From a bacterium (GTDB taxonomy: Bacteria > Patescibacteriota > Patescibacteriia > UBA10025): a stretch of DNA of 64,000 bases. Positions 40,811 to 54,909 of this stretch are shown here, piece by piece. A program made the translations under genes and the position numbers. Location: contig JAKAGM010000001.1 in the NCBI GenBank assembly GCA_021815445.1, forward strand, positions 67,447-131,446. The letters are read 5' to 3'. Position 1 is the stretch's first letter; each line of letters starts with the position of its first letter. A model generated the notes under the pieces. That model was not told where the DNA came from, did no database searches, and was given only the letters and a program-made list of their open reading frames with translations.

Positions 40811-40869
40811 TGTTCAAAATCCCTCTCGGGGCATAAAGAAAACCCTCAGTCGAGATGAACTGAGGGTGC

Positions 40870-41361
40870 TTAGGGCCAACGATAGAAGCCGATAAGCATG
40901 TCTTTGCACTTCACACCTTCTGCGGCGGATACGAGGATGACGTCGGAAAGCTGGGCGATGATATAGGCGCCCCGACCGCCTTCGTTAAGCGACGGCGGGA
41001 GATCGTTGAAGCGCATTGATGCAATCCCGTCGGCGCCCGCGTGGTCGAGAATGATGACGTAAAACCACGCCGACGGTTCGTAAATGAGTTTTACGTGTAT
41101 GCGCCTCCATGTGACTTTTTTCTCGACGGTTCGAGCTGAATTCTCGAATGCTTCGGAGATGCCGATGATTGACGACCCGTCGGGTTCGCCGAAATGCATT
41201 GTCGCCATAAGATCCTCGATCTGCTGGACGACAACCTGTCTCTCGGTGAAAGAGTCGAAGGATAGATCCATGACGCAAATGCCTGACGGATCGACAACCG
41301 GGTATGGTTTGCCCGGCGGCCAGTCGTCTTTGACTACCAGGACGGAACTTTTCGTGCGCAT
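40870..41361 (-). CDS. HATPase_c protein, RsbW/anti-sigma kinase-like
   Basis: GISEAFEN (N box), ILDHAG (G1 box), GGRGAYII (G2 box). Confidence 0.7.
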   Translation of the reverse strand: MRTKSSVLVVKDDWPPGKPYPVVDPSGICVMDLSFDSFTERQVVVQQIEDLMATMHFGEPDGSSIIGISEAFENSARTVEKKVTWRRIHVKLIYEPSAWFYVIILDHAGADGIASMRFNDLPPSLNEGGRGAYIIAQLSDVILVSAAEGVKCKDMLIGFYRWP

Positions 41362-41569
41362 CGTATGCCTCTTTTTGAAAGGAACCCCTTTGATGTTCAC
41401 CCAAACGTATCAAGTTCTGTATTATCGGTCAAGAGCAGTCGTTCAGATGAACGAAAAACGGCTTATCTTAGCATTTTTTTGATCATTAGAAATCTTTGCA
41501 AAAAGAGTGAAAATATGCTATGGTTGAAGCAGGTTTGACTCCTATTTTTTCATACACCAGGCAGTATCC

Positions 41570-41953
41570 ATGTCGTTAAAATACTATTTAACATTGATGT
41601 CGGCCGCGACGCTGTTTTGCTGGGCCGCGTGGGCAATGGTGGTCCATTTTATCAATCCGCAGGAAGCCGGGAGTATCGGTTTTTTGATTTTTTACCTCAG
41701 TCTTCTTTTCGCGCTTATCGGCACCTTCTCGCTGTTTGAATTTTTTCTGAGGGTGTGGTTTTCGCATGAGCAGGTGATATTCAGGCATTTAGGAGTGTCT
41801 TTCCGGCAGGCGATTTTATTCGCACTTTTGCTTGTTATCGCACTCATCCTGCAGGGGGAGCGTTTCCTCACCTGGTGGAACATGCTCTTGCTTGTGCTCT
41901 TTCTCAGCATGCTTGAATACATTTTTTTATCCAGAAGTAAACCGCAAACGTAA
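41570..41953 (+). CDS. 4-TM membrane protein upstream of pheS
   Basis: Hydrophobic; INP, SFRQA and LTWWN motifs. Confidence 0.8.
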   Translation: MSLKYYLTLMSAATLFCWAAWAMVVHFINPQEAGSIGFLIFYLSLLFALIGTFSLFEFFLRVWFSHEQVIFRHLGVSFRQAILFALLLVIALILQGERFLTWWNMLLLVLFLSMLEYIFLSRSKPQT

Positions 41954-41961
41954 TCCGGCCA

Positions 41962-43002
41962 ATGCTTGAACAGCTTGAACAATTCAAAACGCAAGCCGAC
42001 AAGGCCATAACTTCCGCAAATACCCTGCAGGAGCTGCGGGATGTTGAAGTCCATTTCCTCGGCAGGCGCGGCAAGCTAGCGTTGCTTTTGCAACAGTTGA
42101 GGGACTTGCCGCAAGAGGAGCGTCCTGCAGCCGGCGCGCGGGCGAACGAGCTCAAGAAAGACCTTATTGCCGCGTTGGCCCATCGGGCTGAATCGCTCAA
42201 AGGCGGTACTCCCGCGTCTACTTCGCACGTTCTCGATATTACATGGCCGGGCGAACGCATGCCTTACGGGCACATCCATCCGCTGACCCGTTTTCTCCGT
42301 CTGGTGACGTCAATTTTCTCCTCGATGGGATTCGAGATTATTGAGGGCCCCGAAGTCGAGAGCACGAAGTATAATTTCGACCTCCTCAACATCCCAAAAG
42401 ATCATCCCGCGCGGGACGTGTGGGATACTTTTTTTGTCCGATCGCCAGAGGGGGTGAAGTCGGCGGAAGGGGATTTGGTCCTGCGCACGCACACAAGTCC
42501 GATGCAGGTGCGCGCGATGGAAACCCGCACGCCGCCTGTGCGCTTCATCGTTCCCGGCCGCGTTTACCGCCACGAAGCGACCGATGCTTCACATGAAGCG
42601 ATGTTTTACCAGTGCGAGGGGTTGGTTATCGACAGGGGGATCCGCGTCACCGACCTTCTCGGCACGCTCAAAATTTTCCTGCAGACACTTTTTGAAAAGA
42701 AAGTTAAAATCCGCGTGAGGCCGGAATTCTATCCTTTTGTCGAGCCGGGTCTTGATATCGACATGTCCTGCCTCCTCTGCGACGGCAAAGGGTGTCCTGC
42801 ATGCAAGCAGTCGGGCTGGATGGAAATGATGGGTTCAGGAATGGTGCACCCGAAAGTGCTGACGAATATGGGCGTTGATCCGAAGGTATACTCAGGGTTC
42901 GCCTTCGGCCTCGGCATTGATCGTCTCATGATGCTGTATTTCGGCATTGACGATGTGCGTCTTTCGTACCAGAGCGACATGAGATTTCTTGAACAGTTTT
43001 AG
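41962..43002 (+). CDS. pheS: Phenylalanine--tRNA ligase alpha subunit
   Basis: HPAR..DTF, LRTHTSPMQ, YPFVEPG, GFAFGLGIDR. Confidence 0.97.
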   Translation: MLEQLEQFKTQADKAITSANTLQELRDVEVHFLGRRGKLALLLQQLRDLPQEERPAAGARANELKKDLIAALAHRAESLKGGTPASTSHVLDITWPGERMPYGHIHPLTRFLRLVTSIFSSMGFEIIEGPEVESTKYNFDLLNIPKDHPARDVWDTFFVRSPEGVKSAEGDLVLRTHTSPMQVRAMETRTPPVRFIVPGRVYRHEATDASHEAMFYQCEGLVIDRGIRVTDLLGTLKIFLQTLFEKKVKIRVRPEFYPFVEPGLDIDMSCLLCDGKGCPACKQSGWMEMMGSGMVHPKVLTNMGVDPKVYSGFAFGLGIDRLMMLYFGIDDVRLSYQSDMRFLEQF

Positions 43003-43059
43003 ATTGTGTCAAAGTGTATGAAAAGCGAAGTCACAAGTTTCCCAAACATTTAGGACTTT

Positions 43060-47497
<4,438 letters not shown>

Positions 47498-47607
47498 GGG
47501 TTTTCGCATCCCACTTGACGTGTAAAGGGGCGCATGATACAGTGTTCATGTACCCCCTGCGAGGGGGTTTTTGAGACCGAGATTTTCAGGCCGCACAGCG
47601 GACTTCT

Positions 47608-47802
47608 ATGGCAAACAAACTTATCAGCTATATCAGGGAATCCCGCGATGAACTGCGGAAGGTGATCTGGCCGTCCCGGCAGGAGACGATACGCCACACC
47701 CTTCTTGTCGTTGGCGTTTCAGTCACCGTTGCCATTGTTTTGGGGATAGCGGACTATGTCTTCACGATCGGTTTCGAGAAGCTTCTTCTTAAAGTCACCT
47801 AA
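47608..47802 (+). CDS. secE: Preprotein translocase subunit SecE
   Basis: ELRKVIWPSR followed by a TM segment; precedes nusG. Confidence 0.93.
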   Translation: MANKLISYIRESRDELRKVIWPSRQETIRHTLLVVGVSVTVAIVLGIADYVFTIGFEKLLLKVT

Positions 47803-47820
47803 GGCGGCCTTTTTGCCTCT

Positions 47821-48366
47821 ATGCCAAAGCAGACATTGAAACAGGGCAGGAAATGGTACGTACTCCACACGTATTCGGGGTACGAAGAGAACGTCGCGCG
47901 GAACCTGCGCCAGCGTATCGAGTCGATGGATATGCAGGACAAGATTTACAGCGTCCTCATCCCGACTGAAAATAAGATCCGCATCAGGAACGGCAAACGC
48001 AGGATTGTCACTGAAAAGATATTTCCCGGCTACGTGCTTGTCGAAATGATGGTGACTGACGATTCATGGTACGTCGTGCGCAACACGCCGAACGTGACCG
48101 GCTTCGTCGGATCAGGGACCACCCCGACGCCTATCTCAGACGACGAAGTCAAAGAAATCCAAAAACGCATGGGCATCACCGAGCCCAAGTATAAGATCGA
48201 CGTCGGCGTCGGTTCGCCGGTCAAGATCACCGACGGCCCGTTCAAAGAGTACGAAGGCAAGGTGTCAGAAGTCGACGAGGCCCGCGGCAAGGTCAAAGTG
48301 CTCGTATCCATGTTCGGCCGCGAAACGCCTATCGAGCTCGACTTCCTCCAGGTGAAGAAGATTTAA
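47821..48366 (+). CDS. nusG: Transcription elongation factor NusG
   Basis: [21 protein letters not shown] motif GPF, MFGRETP. Confidence 0.97.
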   Translation: MPKQTLKQGRKWYVLHTYSGYEENVARNLRQRIESMDMQDKIYSVLIPTENKIRIRNGKRRIVTEKIFPGYVLVEMMVTDDSWYVVRNTPNVTGFVGSGTTPTPISDDEVKEIQKRMGITEPKYKIDVGVGSPVKITDGPFKEYEGKVSEVDEARGKVKVLVSMFGRETPIELDFLQVKKI

Positions 48367-48385
48367 CTTTCCCAATTTTTTCTTT

Positions 48386-48808
48386 ATGGAAAAAAAAATA
48401 AAGACAGTGCTCAAACTCCAGCTCCCCGCGGGCAAAGCGACCCCGGCTCCGCCCGTAGGACCGGCGCTCGGCCAACACGGCCTCAACTTGCAGGAGTTCT
48501 GCACGAAATTCAACGCGGCGACCAAAGACAAAGCCGGCGATATCATCCCGGTCGAGATTACCGTCTTTGAAGACCGCACGTATTCGTTTGTCACCAAGAC
48601 TCCTCCCGCCGCCTCTTTGCTCAAAAAAGCCGCAGGCATCGAAAAAGGTTCCGGAAGCCCGCTGGCCACGAAGGTCGGCAAAGTGACAAAGAAGCAGATC
48701 GAAGATATCGCGAAGCTCAAGATGCCCGATCTGAACGCGAAAGACCTGGCCGGAGCCATGAAGATTATCGAGGGTACTGCCCGAAACATGGGCATTACCG
48801 TCGAGTAA
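48386..48808 (+). CDS. rplK: 50S ribosomal protein L11
   Basis: [26 protein letters not shown]. Confidence 0.98.
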   Translation: MEKKIKTVLKLQLPAGKATPAPPVGPALGQHGLNLQEFCTKFNAATKDKAGDIIPVEITVFEDRTYSFVTKTPPAASLLKKAAGIEKGSGSPLATKVGKVTKKQIEDIAKLKMPDLNAKDLAGAMKIIEGTARNMGITVE

Positions 48809-48822
48809 CTTTTTTTTCTCCC

Positions 48823-49827
48823 ATGGATCAGCCGTTTACAATGTTTCTCGCTTATTTAATACCTTTTGGCGGACTCGCGATAGTGATTTTCGCTATCGCC
48901 GCCATTTTAGAAGGGAAAACACATATGAGCAAAGGTTCAATAGTGCGCAGCCTGTATTTTTACCTCATGTCGATAGTCACACTGGCGATTGTCGCCGGCT
49001 CGCTCATCTTCCTCGTGAACCTCGGCCTCAAGTCGTGGGTCTTTACCAAAGCCGACCAGCTCAGCAGCAGGCTCGGTCCGCCGCCTGTGCTCTATCTCGA
49101 TTCTACGACGCCAAGCGAAGCCACCAAAGCAGCGGCGCCGGCAGCACCCGGTGCGACGGTACTGACGTGCAAGGACGCATGCCAGCTTACCGATGCCCAA
49201 AAAAGCAACATTGATTCATGGAAGGCGAGTTACGCGAGCTGGCAGGAGGCGAGTGCGCATCCTGAATCGCAGAGGACGCGCGACGCTGTTGCCGCGCTGT
49301 CATTTCTCATAGTTGCGCTGCCGTTCTTCATCATCCACTTCCGCATCGTCCAGAAAGACGCCAAACAGTCAGTCGACGAAGAGCACGGCGTGATACGCCC
49401 AACATACTTCTACTTTATTTCACTGGCCTCATTGCTGATGGTCGTGATCGCCGGCGGATTCCTGATCAATATCGCACTGAAGACCTGGGTATTCCCGAGC
49501 GCACAGCAGGCCGACAAGCTCGCGTCAAACATTTATCCTGTCCAACAGGTCAGCAGCGAAAGGGACTCCGTGAAGAGCATATCCGCCTGCGGAGAGAAAT
49601 GCGGGATAGACAAAGAAACAGTTGCGCTGGCCAATTCATGGATTACCGACTACGATGCATGGCAAAAAGAGGTATCAACTCCCCAAAACTCCACCCAACG
49701 GCAAGCCGCTTCCTCGATTCCGTTTGTCCTCGTGGGCATTCCGCTGTTCTGGTACCACTGGAGCATCGTCCGGAAGCAATCAAAGGATAAAAAAGATTTG
49801 AACACTCCGTCCAAAACAACGAGCTAA
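48823..49827 (+). CDS. Membrane protein with two DUF5671-like repeats
   Basis: R..YFY..S...(TM)...P.F..H motif present twice. Confidence 0.75.
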   Translation: MDQPFTMFLAYLIPFGGLAIVIFAIAAILEGKTHMSKGSIVRSLYFYLMSIVTLAIVAGSLIFLVNLGLKSWVFTKADQLSSRLGPPPVLYLDSTTPSEATKAAAPAAPGATVLTCKDACQLTDAQKSNIDSWKASYASWQEASAHPESQRTRDAVAALSFLIVALPFFIIHFRIVQKDAKQSVDEEHGVIRPTYFYFISLASLLMVVIAGGFLINIALKTWVFPSAQQADKLASNIYPVQQVSSERDSVKSISACGEKCGIDKETVALANSWITDYDAWQKEVSTPQNSTQRQAASSIPFVLVGIPLFWYHWSIVRKQSKDKKDLNTPSKTTS

Positions 49828-49835
49828 TTATTTTT

Positions 49836-49873
49836 TGTGGGACCTCGCGCAGGACGCGGGGGTTCGCACCACG
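49836..49873 (+). promoter_or_regulatory. Putative L1 autoregulatory RNA leader
   Basis: GTGG-GA...CA-CCAC stem with an internal loop and inner hairpin, immediately before the rplA RBS. Confidence 0.55.
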
Positions 49874-49887
49874 AAAGGATTTCACCA

Positions 49888-50571
49888 ATGCCACAACATT
49901 CTAAGCGGTATCGGGAAGCGCAGAAGCTTATCGACAGGTCAAAGAAGTATACGGCCGAAGAAGCCGTCAAACTTCTCCAGCAGGTATCGAAGGTCAAATT
50001 CGACGCCGGTGTTGAGATCCACTTGAATCTCGGCATCGATCCGAAGAAAGCCGACCAGATAGTCAGGGGAACTGTCTCCCTTCCTCACGGGACGGGCAAA
50101 AAAAAACGGGTAGCCGTCTTTGCCGAGGGGAAAGACGCCGACGCGGCAAGGAAAGCCGGCGCCGACATCGCAGGCGGCGAGGAACTGATTAAAGAAATCA
50201 AGCAGAAGGGCGCCGTTGATTTTGAAGTCGCCATTGCGCATCCTTCGATGATGCGACACCTCGGCCAAATCGCGAAGATTTTGGGTCCCAAAGGCCTCAT
50301 GCCCAACCCCAAGAATGAAACCGTCACGCCCGACGTGGCGGGAGCCGTCCGGGACGTCCAGGGCGGGAAAGTCAGCTTCCGCAATGACGACTCGGGAAAT
50401 ATCCACCAGCTGGTAGGCCGCATTTCGTACGAGGCGCCCAAGCTTGTCGAAAATCTCGCGGCGTATCTCGAAGCCGTCAAACGCGCCCGCCCTGCCGCGG
50501 CGAAAGGCACCTACATCGTTTCCGCCACGCTTTCATCATCAATGAGCCCGGGCATACCTATCGTCGTATGA
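49888..50571 (+). other. rplA: 50S ribosomal protein L1
   Basis: KFDAGVE, VRGTVSLPHGTGK, LGPKGLMPNPK. Confidence 0.97.
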
Positions 50572-51068
50572 CAGGCCCGATGAACAATGCAAAAAAGCGC
50601 GAAGGGTATCTCTCATGGGACGAATGTTTCATGCAGATGGCGCATCTGATCGCCCAGCGGTCCAAGGATCCAAGCACGCAGGCGGGCTCGGTCATCGTGA
50701 ACAAAGATAACATCATCGTGGGTCTGGGATACAACGGCTTTCCCCGCGGGATAGACGACGATGAACTTCCCTGGTCGCGGAAAGGCGGTTTTCTCGATAC
50801 CAAATACGCGTACGTCGTTCATGCCGAGGAAAACGCTGTGTACAACTCGAACAGCAACACGCACGGGTGCAAGATATACACGACGCTTTTTCCCTGTAAC
50901 GAGTGCGCCAAGACCATCATCCAAAACGGCATCACCGAAATTATCTACGCCAGCGACAAATACCACGACGAGGACATCTGGAAAGCCTCGCGCAAACTCC
51001 TTGATGCTGCGAATGTGAAGTGCCGGGAATATGCCCCGGAATATACTCTCGAGCTTAACAAAAAGTAA
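50568..51068 (+). CDS. dCMP deaminase
   Basis: RSKDP, GYNG, HAEENA, FPCNEC; ATGA overlap with rplA. Confidence 0.93.
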   Translation: MTGPMNNAKKREGYLSWDECFMQMAHLIAQRSKDPSTQAGSVIVNKDNIIVGLGYNGFPRGIDDDELPWSRKGGFLDTKYAYVVHAEENAVYNSNSNTHGCKIYTTLFPCNECAKTIIQNGITEIIYASDKYHDEDIWKASRKLLDAANVKCREYAPEYTLELNKK

Positions 51069-51098
51069 TACCGGCGGCGCTACAGCCGCTTTTTGCTT

Positions 51099-51644
51099 AT
51101 GATTATAGGTTTAGTCGGATCACTCGCCGCAGGAAAAGGGACCGTTACCCGTTATCTTATCGATACCTACGGCGCGAAGTCCGTACGGTTCTCCGACCCT
51201 CTCCGGGATATCATCCATCGCCTGTACCACACGGAGACCCGCGAATACATGTCGCATCTCGCGACGTTCCTCCGGTCCGAGTTCGGCGATGATATCCTCG
51301 TCAGGGTGCTTTTGCATGACGTCGACGCGACGCCCGGCAAGCTTTTCGTCTTAGACGGATTACGGTACAAAGACGAATACGCCGTATTATCCCGGCGCGA
51401 CGATTTCCAGCTCTGGGCTGTCGATACGGCTCTCGAGACGAGGTACCAGCGGATTATCAAACGTGGGGAGAACGCGGCCGAGACCGAGCTCACCCTCGAG
51501 CAGTTTACCGCACAACACAAACTCCCCACCGAGCTTTTTACTCCCGAGCTCATGAAAAAAGCCGACTCGACCATAGACAACAACGGCGATCTCAAAGCGC
51601 TGTATGCGCAGGTCGATTCGCTCGCGCGGAAGCTTAATCTATGA
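51099..51644 (+). CDS. P-loop (d)NMP kinase / dephospho-CoA kinase-like protein
   Basis: IIGLVGSLAAGKGT, DGLR, R..RG, IDNNG. Confidence 0.75.
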   Translation: MIIGLVGSLAAGKGTVTRYLIDTYGAKSVRFSDPLRDIIHRLYHTETREYMSHLATFLRSEFGDDILVRVLLHDVDATPGKLFVLDGLRYKDEYAVLSRRDDFQLWAVDTALETRYQRIIKRGENAAETELTLEQFTAQHKLPTELFTPELMKKADSTIDNNGDLKALYAQVDSLARKLNL

Positions 51645-52060
51645 GATTTCGCATCAAAAAGCTCTCGCCCGATGTCACGCTGCCGTCCTACGCCCATGAG
51701 GACGACGCCGCCATGGACGTGTGCGCGAACGAAGACTATGAATTGAAACCCGGGGAACGGCACCATTTCGGGCTCGGATTCTCGGCGGAGTTTAGCGCAG
51801 GGTACGTCTGTCACGTGTGGGACAGGGGAGGTCTAGCTTCGAAACAGGGCCTGACCACGTTAGGAGGAGTAATCGACGCGGGGTACCGGGGTGAATACGC
51901 TGTCGTCTTACTCAATACCGCAGATAAGCCCGTGCAGATAAAAAAAGGTGACAGAATAGCACAGATGGTTATCCAAAAAGTAGAGCATGTCGATATCGAG
52001 GAAACTGACACATTGAACGACTCATCCCGCGGAAAAGGGTGGGGGAGTTCGGGAAGGTAG
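51641..52060 (+). CDS. dut: dUTP diphosphatase
   Basis: AAMD, RGGLA, GVIDAGYRGE, RIAQ, RGKGWGSSG. Confidence 0.95.
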   Translation: MRFRIKKLSPDVTLPSYAHEDDAAMDVCANEDYELKPGERHHFGLGFSAEFSAGYVCHVWDRGGLASKQGLTTLGGVIDAGYRGEYAVVLLNTADKPVQIKKGDRIAQMVIQKVEHVDIEETDTLNDSSRGKGWGSSGR

Positions 52061-52086
52061 GGAAGGATATTCGATGACGGGACATC

Positions 52087-52635
52087 ATGGACACCCTGTA
52101 TGACAAAGTAAAAAAATGGCTCGCGGCGAATTCAAAGCCGCGCCACATGGCCCACTTCGAGCGGACCGCCTATTGGGTCGGGCAGCTTAAGCCCGGCGCT
52201 GACGAAGCCATGTTCATTGCTGCCCTCGCCCATGACGCCGAGCGTGTCTTTCGTGACAAGGCGACAAAACACGCGGGCGCATACATCCGGGAGCCCGAGT
52301 ATTTACATGCGCACCAGGAGGGAGGGGCAAAAATGGCGGGGGAGTTCCTGGGACGCAGCGGCGCGGATGAGGCGCTCATCGAGCGGGTAAAAATGTTAAT
52401 CTCGAAACACGAAGAAGGCGGAACACAGGACCAAAATGTCATCATGGACGCCGACAGCATCAGCTTTTTCGAAAACAATGTCGACCATTTTGCCAATGAT
52501 CTGATGAAGATCTACGGCAAAGATAAGACCGTAGAAAAGTTCAAATGGATGTACAGCCGCATGTCATCCGCACGTGCACAGGAGATCGCCAAAGACTGGT
52601 ACGACCGCGCTTTGCGCCTGGTCGGCGAAAAATAA
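52087..52635 (+). CDS. HD-domain protein (DUF4202-like)
   Basis: H...T, AHD, H, HE, DADSISFF. Confidence 0.8.
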   Translation: MDTLYDKVKKWLAANSKPRHMAHFERTAYWVGQLKPGADEAMFIAALAHDAERVFRDKATKHAGAYIREPEYLHAHQEGGAKMAGEFLGRSGADEALIERVKMLISKHEEGGTQDQNVIMDADSISFFENNVDHFANDLMKIYGKDKTVEKFKWMYSRMSSARAQEIAKDWYDRALRLVGEK

Positions 52636-52781
52636 ATTATCCTATCTGCCGAGATTTCTCGCAGGCGCTCAAATGAGACAAGCGCAATTTTTGCGCTCAG
52701 TCTTGACAATGTTCTGTCATATGCTAGCATGTGAGGAAAATAAGCCGCTCATTCATTCACCCGCACTTGAAAGGAGTTCCC

Positions 52782-53024
52782 ATGGGGGTAATACTGTGCA
52801 ATAGTCTATCGATCAAGAGAGCTGATGGCAGGGAAGATGTCGTCGCAGACTCAATCACCAAGGATGGACCTCCAAAACTGAACGACGGACCCTCGACATT
52901 GAATCTGCTCAAGATTGACTCCCGAGCCGCCGTAGTCGGCAAGGACGGACCCGTGAGTACTGTCGATATCCGTCCGCGCAGAATGTCAGCCGTGGAACTT
53001 CTCCTGAGCATTCGTCTCAGTTAA
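52782..53024 (+). CDS. Small hypothetical protein
   Basis: SD GAAAGGAG, TTGACA promoter near 52703, terminator AAGCCC/GGGCTT plus T run. Confidence 0.55.
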   Translation: MGVILCNSLSIKRADGREDVVADSITKDGPPKLNDGPSTLNLLKIDSRAAVVGKDGPVSTVDIRPRRMSAVELLLSIRLS

Positions 53025-53069
53025 GCCCTTGTACGCGATACATCGGGCTTTTTTTTCATCTATAACTTT

Positions 53070-53432
53070 TTGTGCGGGGTTGTACCGTCTCCGGCACAAC
53101 GTGGCGCGCGCACCTTAGAGAAGGTGCGCTTTGGGGGTAAAAAAACGTTATCATTCCCCGATCGCACGCTCTCCAGCGTGCGATCGCCCTGTCATATACC
53201 CCCCACCATCTCCGACCTCATGCAATCCATTAAAGGCAATTTTTCACGTAAATTGCACATGGGCAATATTTGGCAACGCCGGTTTTACGTAGAAATTGTC
53301 GACACCGATCGGTATTTCCGTACCGTCATCGAATACATCCAACACAACCCCGTCGAAGCGGACTTGCCACCCAAATACAATAAAATGCCGTATCAATTTA
53401 TTGATTATTTAAAGGTTGGGGAATTGCTGTAA
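53070..53432 (+). pseudogene. 5'-truncated REP-associated tyrosine transposase (RAYT/Y1)
   Basis: ISDLMQSIKG, IWQRRFY and YIQHNPV are present but the HUH motif is absent; hairpins at 53108-53129 and 53159-53186. Confidence 0.75.
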
Positions 53433-53496
53433 TAAAGAAAAACGGCGCTCACGGTTGATTGCGCGTGAGAGCCGTTGTCGAATGTTTGAACGATGC

Positions 53497-54213
53497 CTAC
53501 TTCTTCCGTCCCATGATGCTGAGGATGCGGACGAACAGATTGACCACATCCAGGAAGATAGCCACCGAACAGTCGACTGCGTTATCCAGCGTGCGGGGAA
53601 GTCGGAGCGCCCTGTTCCAGTCGAAGATGATGTAGATGCAGAACAAGACAGCGACGAAGTAGTCGAACCCGAGCCACAGATAGTGCCACATGGTGCTGTA
53701 CATGTCCGCGTCCGGCGCGAGCGGCCCTGCCGAAGCGGGGAAAAACAGTCTCGCGATACTCACCAGCACGACTGCGGTCAGTATCCCGAAAAGGTACCCG
53801 CCCCAATGTTCGAGCGACTGCGGGATAATGATCCCGACGATGGACATCGCGACTGACACGCCGCACGTGGCAAGCAGTGCGTTTATAACGACACCCGACT
53901 CGTACAGGTTTACCGTCGGTCCGCAAATAGCGCCGATGCCCCCCACGACGAGGAAGTACCCGAAGAGCGATACTCCCCACTGGTCGCACATGAAGGCGAT
54001 GAAGATGCCCAGTATAGGCATTGCCAGGCCGATGGTGATGACCTCGAAAAGCAAAGGATGCCAGTGCAGGGTCATGTATGCGATGAACGACGCCACAAGC
54101 ATCCCCAGTACCGTAAACCCGCTGACGGCGAATATGTACGCACGCTGAGACAGGATGTCATCTGCATCCCACCCGCGCCGTTCCCAAATTGATTCTCCCA
54201 AGCTTAGACTCAT
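53497..54213 (-). CDS. BAX inhibitor-1/YccA family membrane protein
   Basis: About 7 TM segments, YIIFD and IFLDVVNLF; SD GGAGGAGG. Confidence 0.85.
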   Translation of the reverse strand: MSLSLGESIWERRGWDADDILSQRAYIFAVSGFTVLGMLVASFIAYMTLHWHPLLFEVITIGLAMPILGIFIAFMCDQWGVSLFGYFLVVGGIGAICGPTVNLYESGVVINALLATCGVSVAMSIVGIIIPQSLEHWGGYLFGILTAVVLVSIARLFFPASAGPLAPDADMYSTMWHYLWLGFDYFVAVLFCIYIIFDWNRALRLPRTLDNAVDCSVAIFLDVVNLFVRILSIMGRKK

Positions 54214-54315
54214 TCTCCCTCCTCCGGGAAGTAGAACTGCTGATTGACGATGATCGATTTTGATAGGGGATTGTAGCAAAAGAAAAAGGCGCTGTCAATG
54301 CTGCGGGCGGCTTGT

Positions 54316-54336
54316 TTTTCGGGGAAAATTGGGGTA
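54316..54336 (+). repeat. 21-bp direct repeat (promoter spacer), copy 1
   Basis: TTTTCGGGGAAAATTGGGGTA, identical at 54805-54825. Confidence 0.85.
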
Positions 54337-54346
54337 AGGTTGAGGT

Positions 54347-54793
54347 ATGAAAAAAATTGAACTCAAAGGCAGCTGGGTCATACAAGCTCCAAAAGAAAAA
54401 ATATATAGCATCGTCAGCGATTTCGAGAAGATGCCTGAGCGTTTTCCGAAAGTTGCTCATTCTCTCACCATCACCAAGCGGGAAGGGGATACTTTGTATA
54501 TCGATGCCAAAGCAAAGTCATTTGGCATGGTGATCCCCGTAAAAATGAAAACACGGCTGCTCCCCGGCAGGGGGTACATCTCAGACAATCAAAATGACAA
54601 GCTGGGTCACACCGGACATGAAGAATTTTTGTTAGAGGATATTCCGGAAGGAACGAAAATTACGTATGTGTATCAGCTGCAGATACGGAATAAGTTTTTC
54701 GCGTTAATTGCCAAACCGCTCTATGACTGGTATGCGCTCAAAATGTGGGAAAAAGCTTTTATAGATAGGTTACGAGAATTAGTAAAGTCCTAG
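54347..54793 (+). CDS. SRPBCC/START-domain protein
   Basis: IQAPKEKIYSIVSDFE..PE.FP and GTKITY. Confidence 0.8.
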   Translation: MKKIELKGSWVIQAPKEKIYSIVSDFEKMPERFPKVAHSLTITKREGDTLYIDAKAKSFGMVIPVKMKTRLLPGRGYISDNQNDKLGHTGHEEFLLEDIPEGTKITYVYQLQIRNKFFALIAKPLYDWYALKMWEKAFIDRLRELVKS

Positions 54794-54804
54794 AGATGAG
54801 TTGA

Positions 54805-54825
54805 TTTTCGGGGAAAATTGGGGTA
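54805..54825 (+). repeat. 21-bp direct repeat, copy 2
   Basis: TTTTCGGGGAAAATTGGGGTA. Confidence 0.85.
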
Positions 54826-54865
54826 GGATGGGGCTAGGCTATTTAGGTAATAGCCAGTCTTTTAC

Positions 54866-54903
54866 TATTCCTTTTTGGAATATTACATAACGGAATATAT
54901 AAT
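54866..54903 (+). promoter_or_regulatory. Tandem C-box-like operators plus -10 box
   Basis: TATTCC-N5-GGAATA (54866-54882) and TATTAC-N5-GGAATA (54881-54897) at a 15-bp period, then TATAAT 6 nt before the ATG. Confidence 0.7.
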
Positions 54904-54909
54904 GTACCT

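Noticed and set aside
47498-47607. Expected tRNA-Trp upstream of secE
   Set aside because: No cloverleaf or T-loop; only a promoter and a short CCCCC/GGGGG hairpin.
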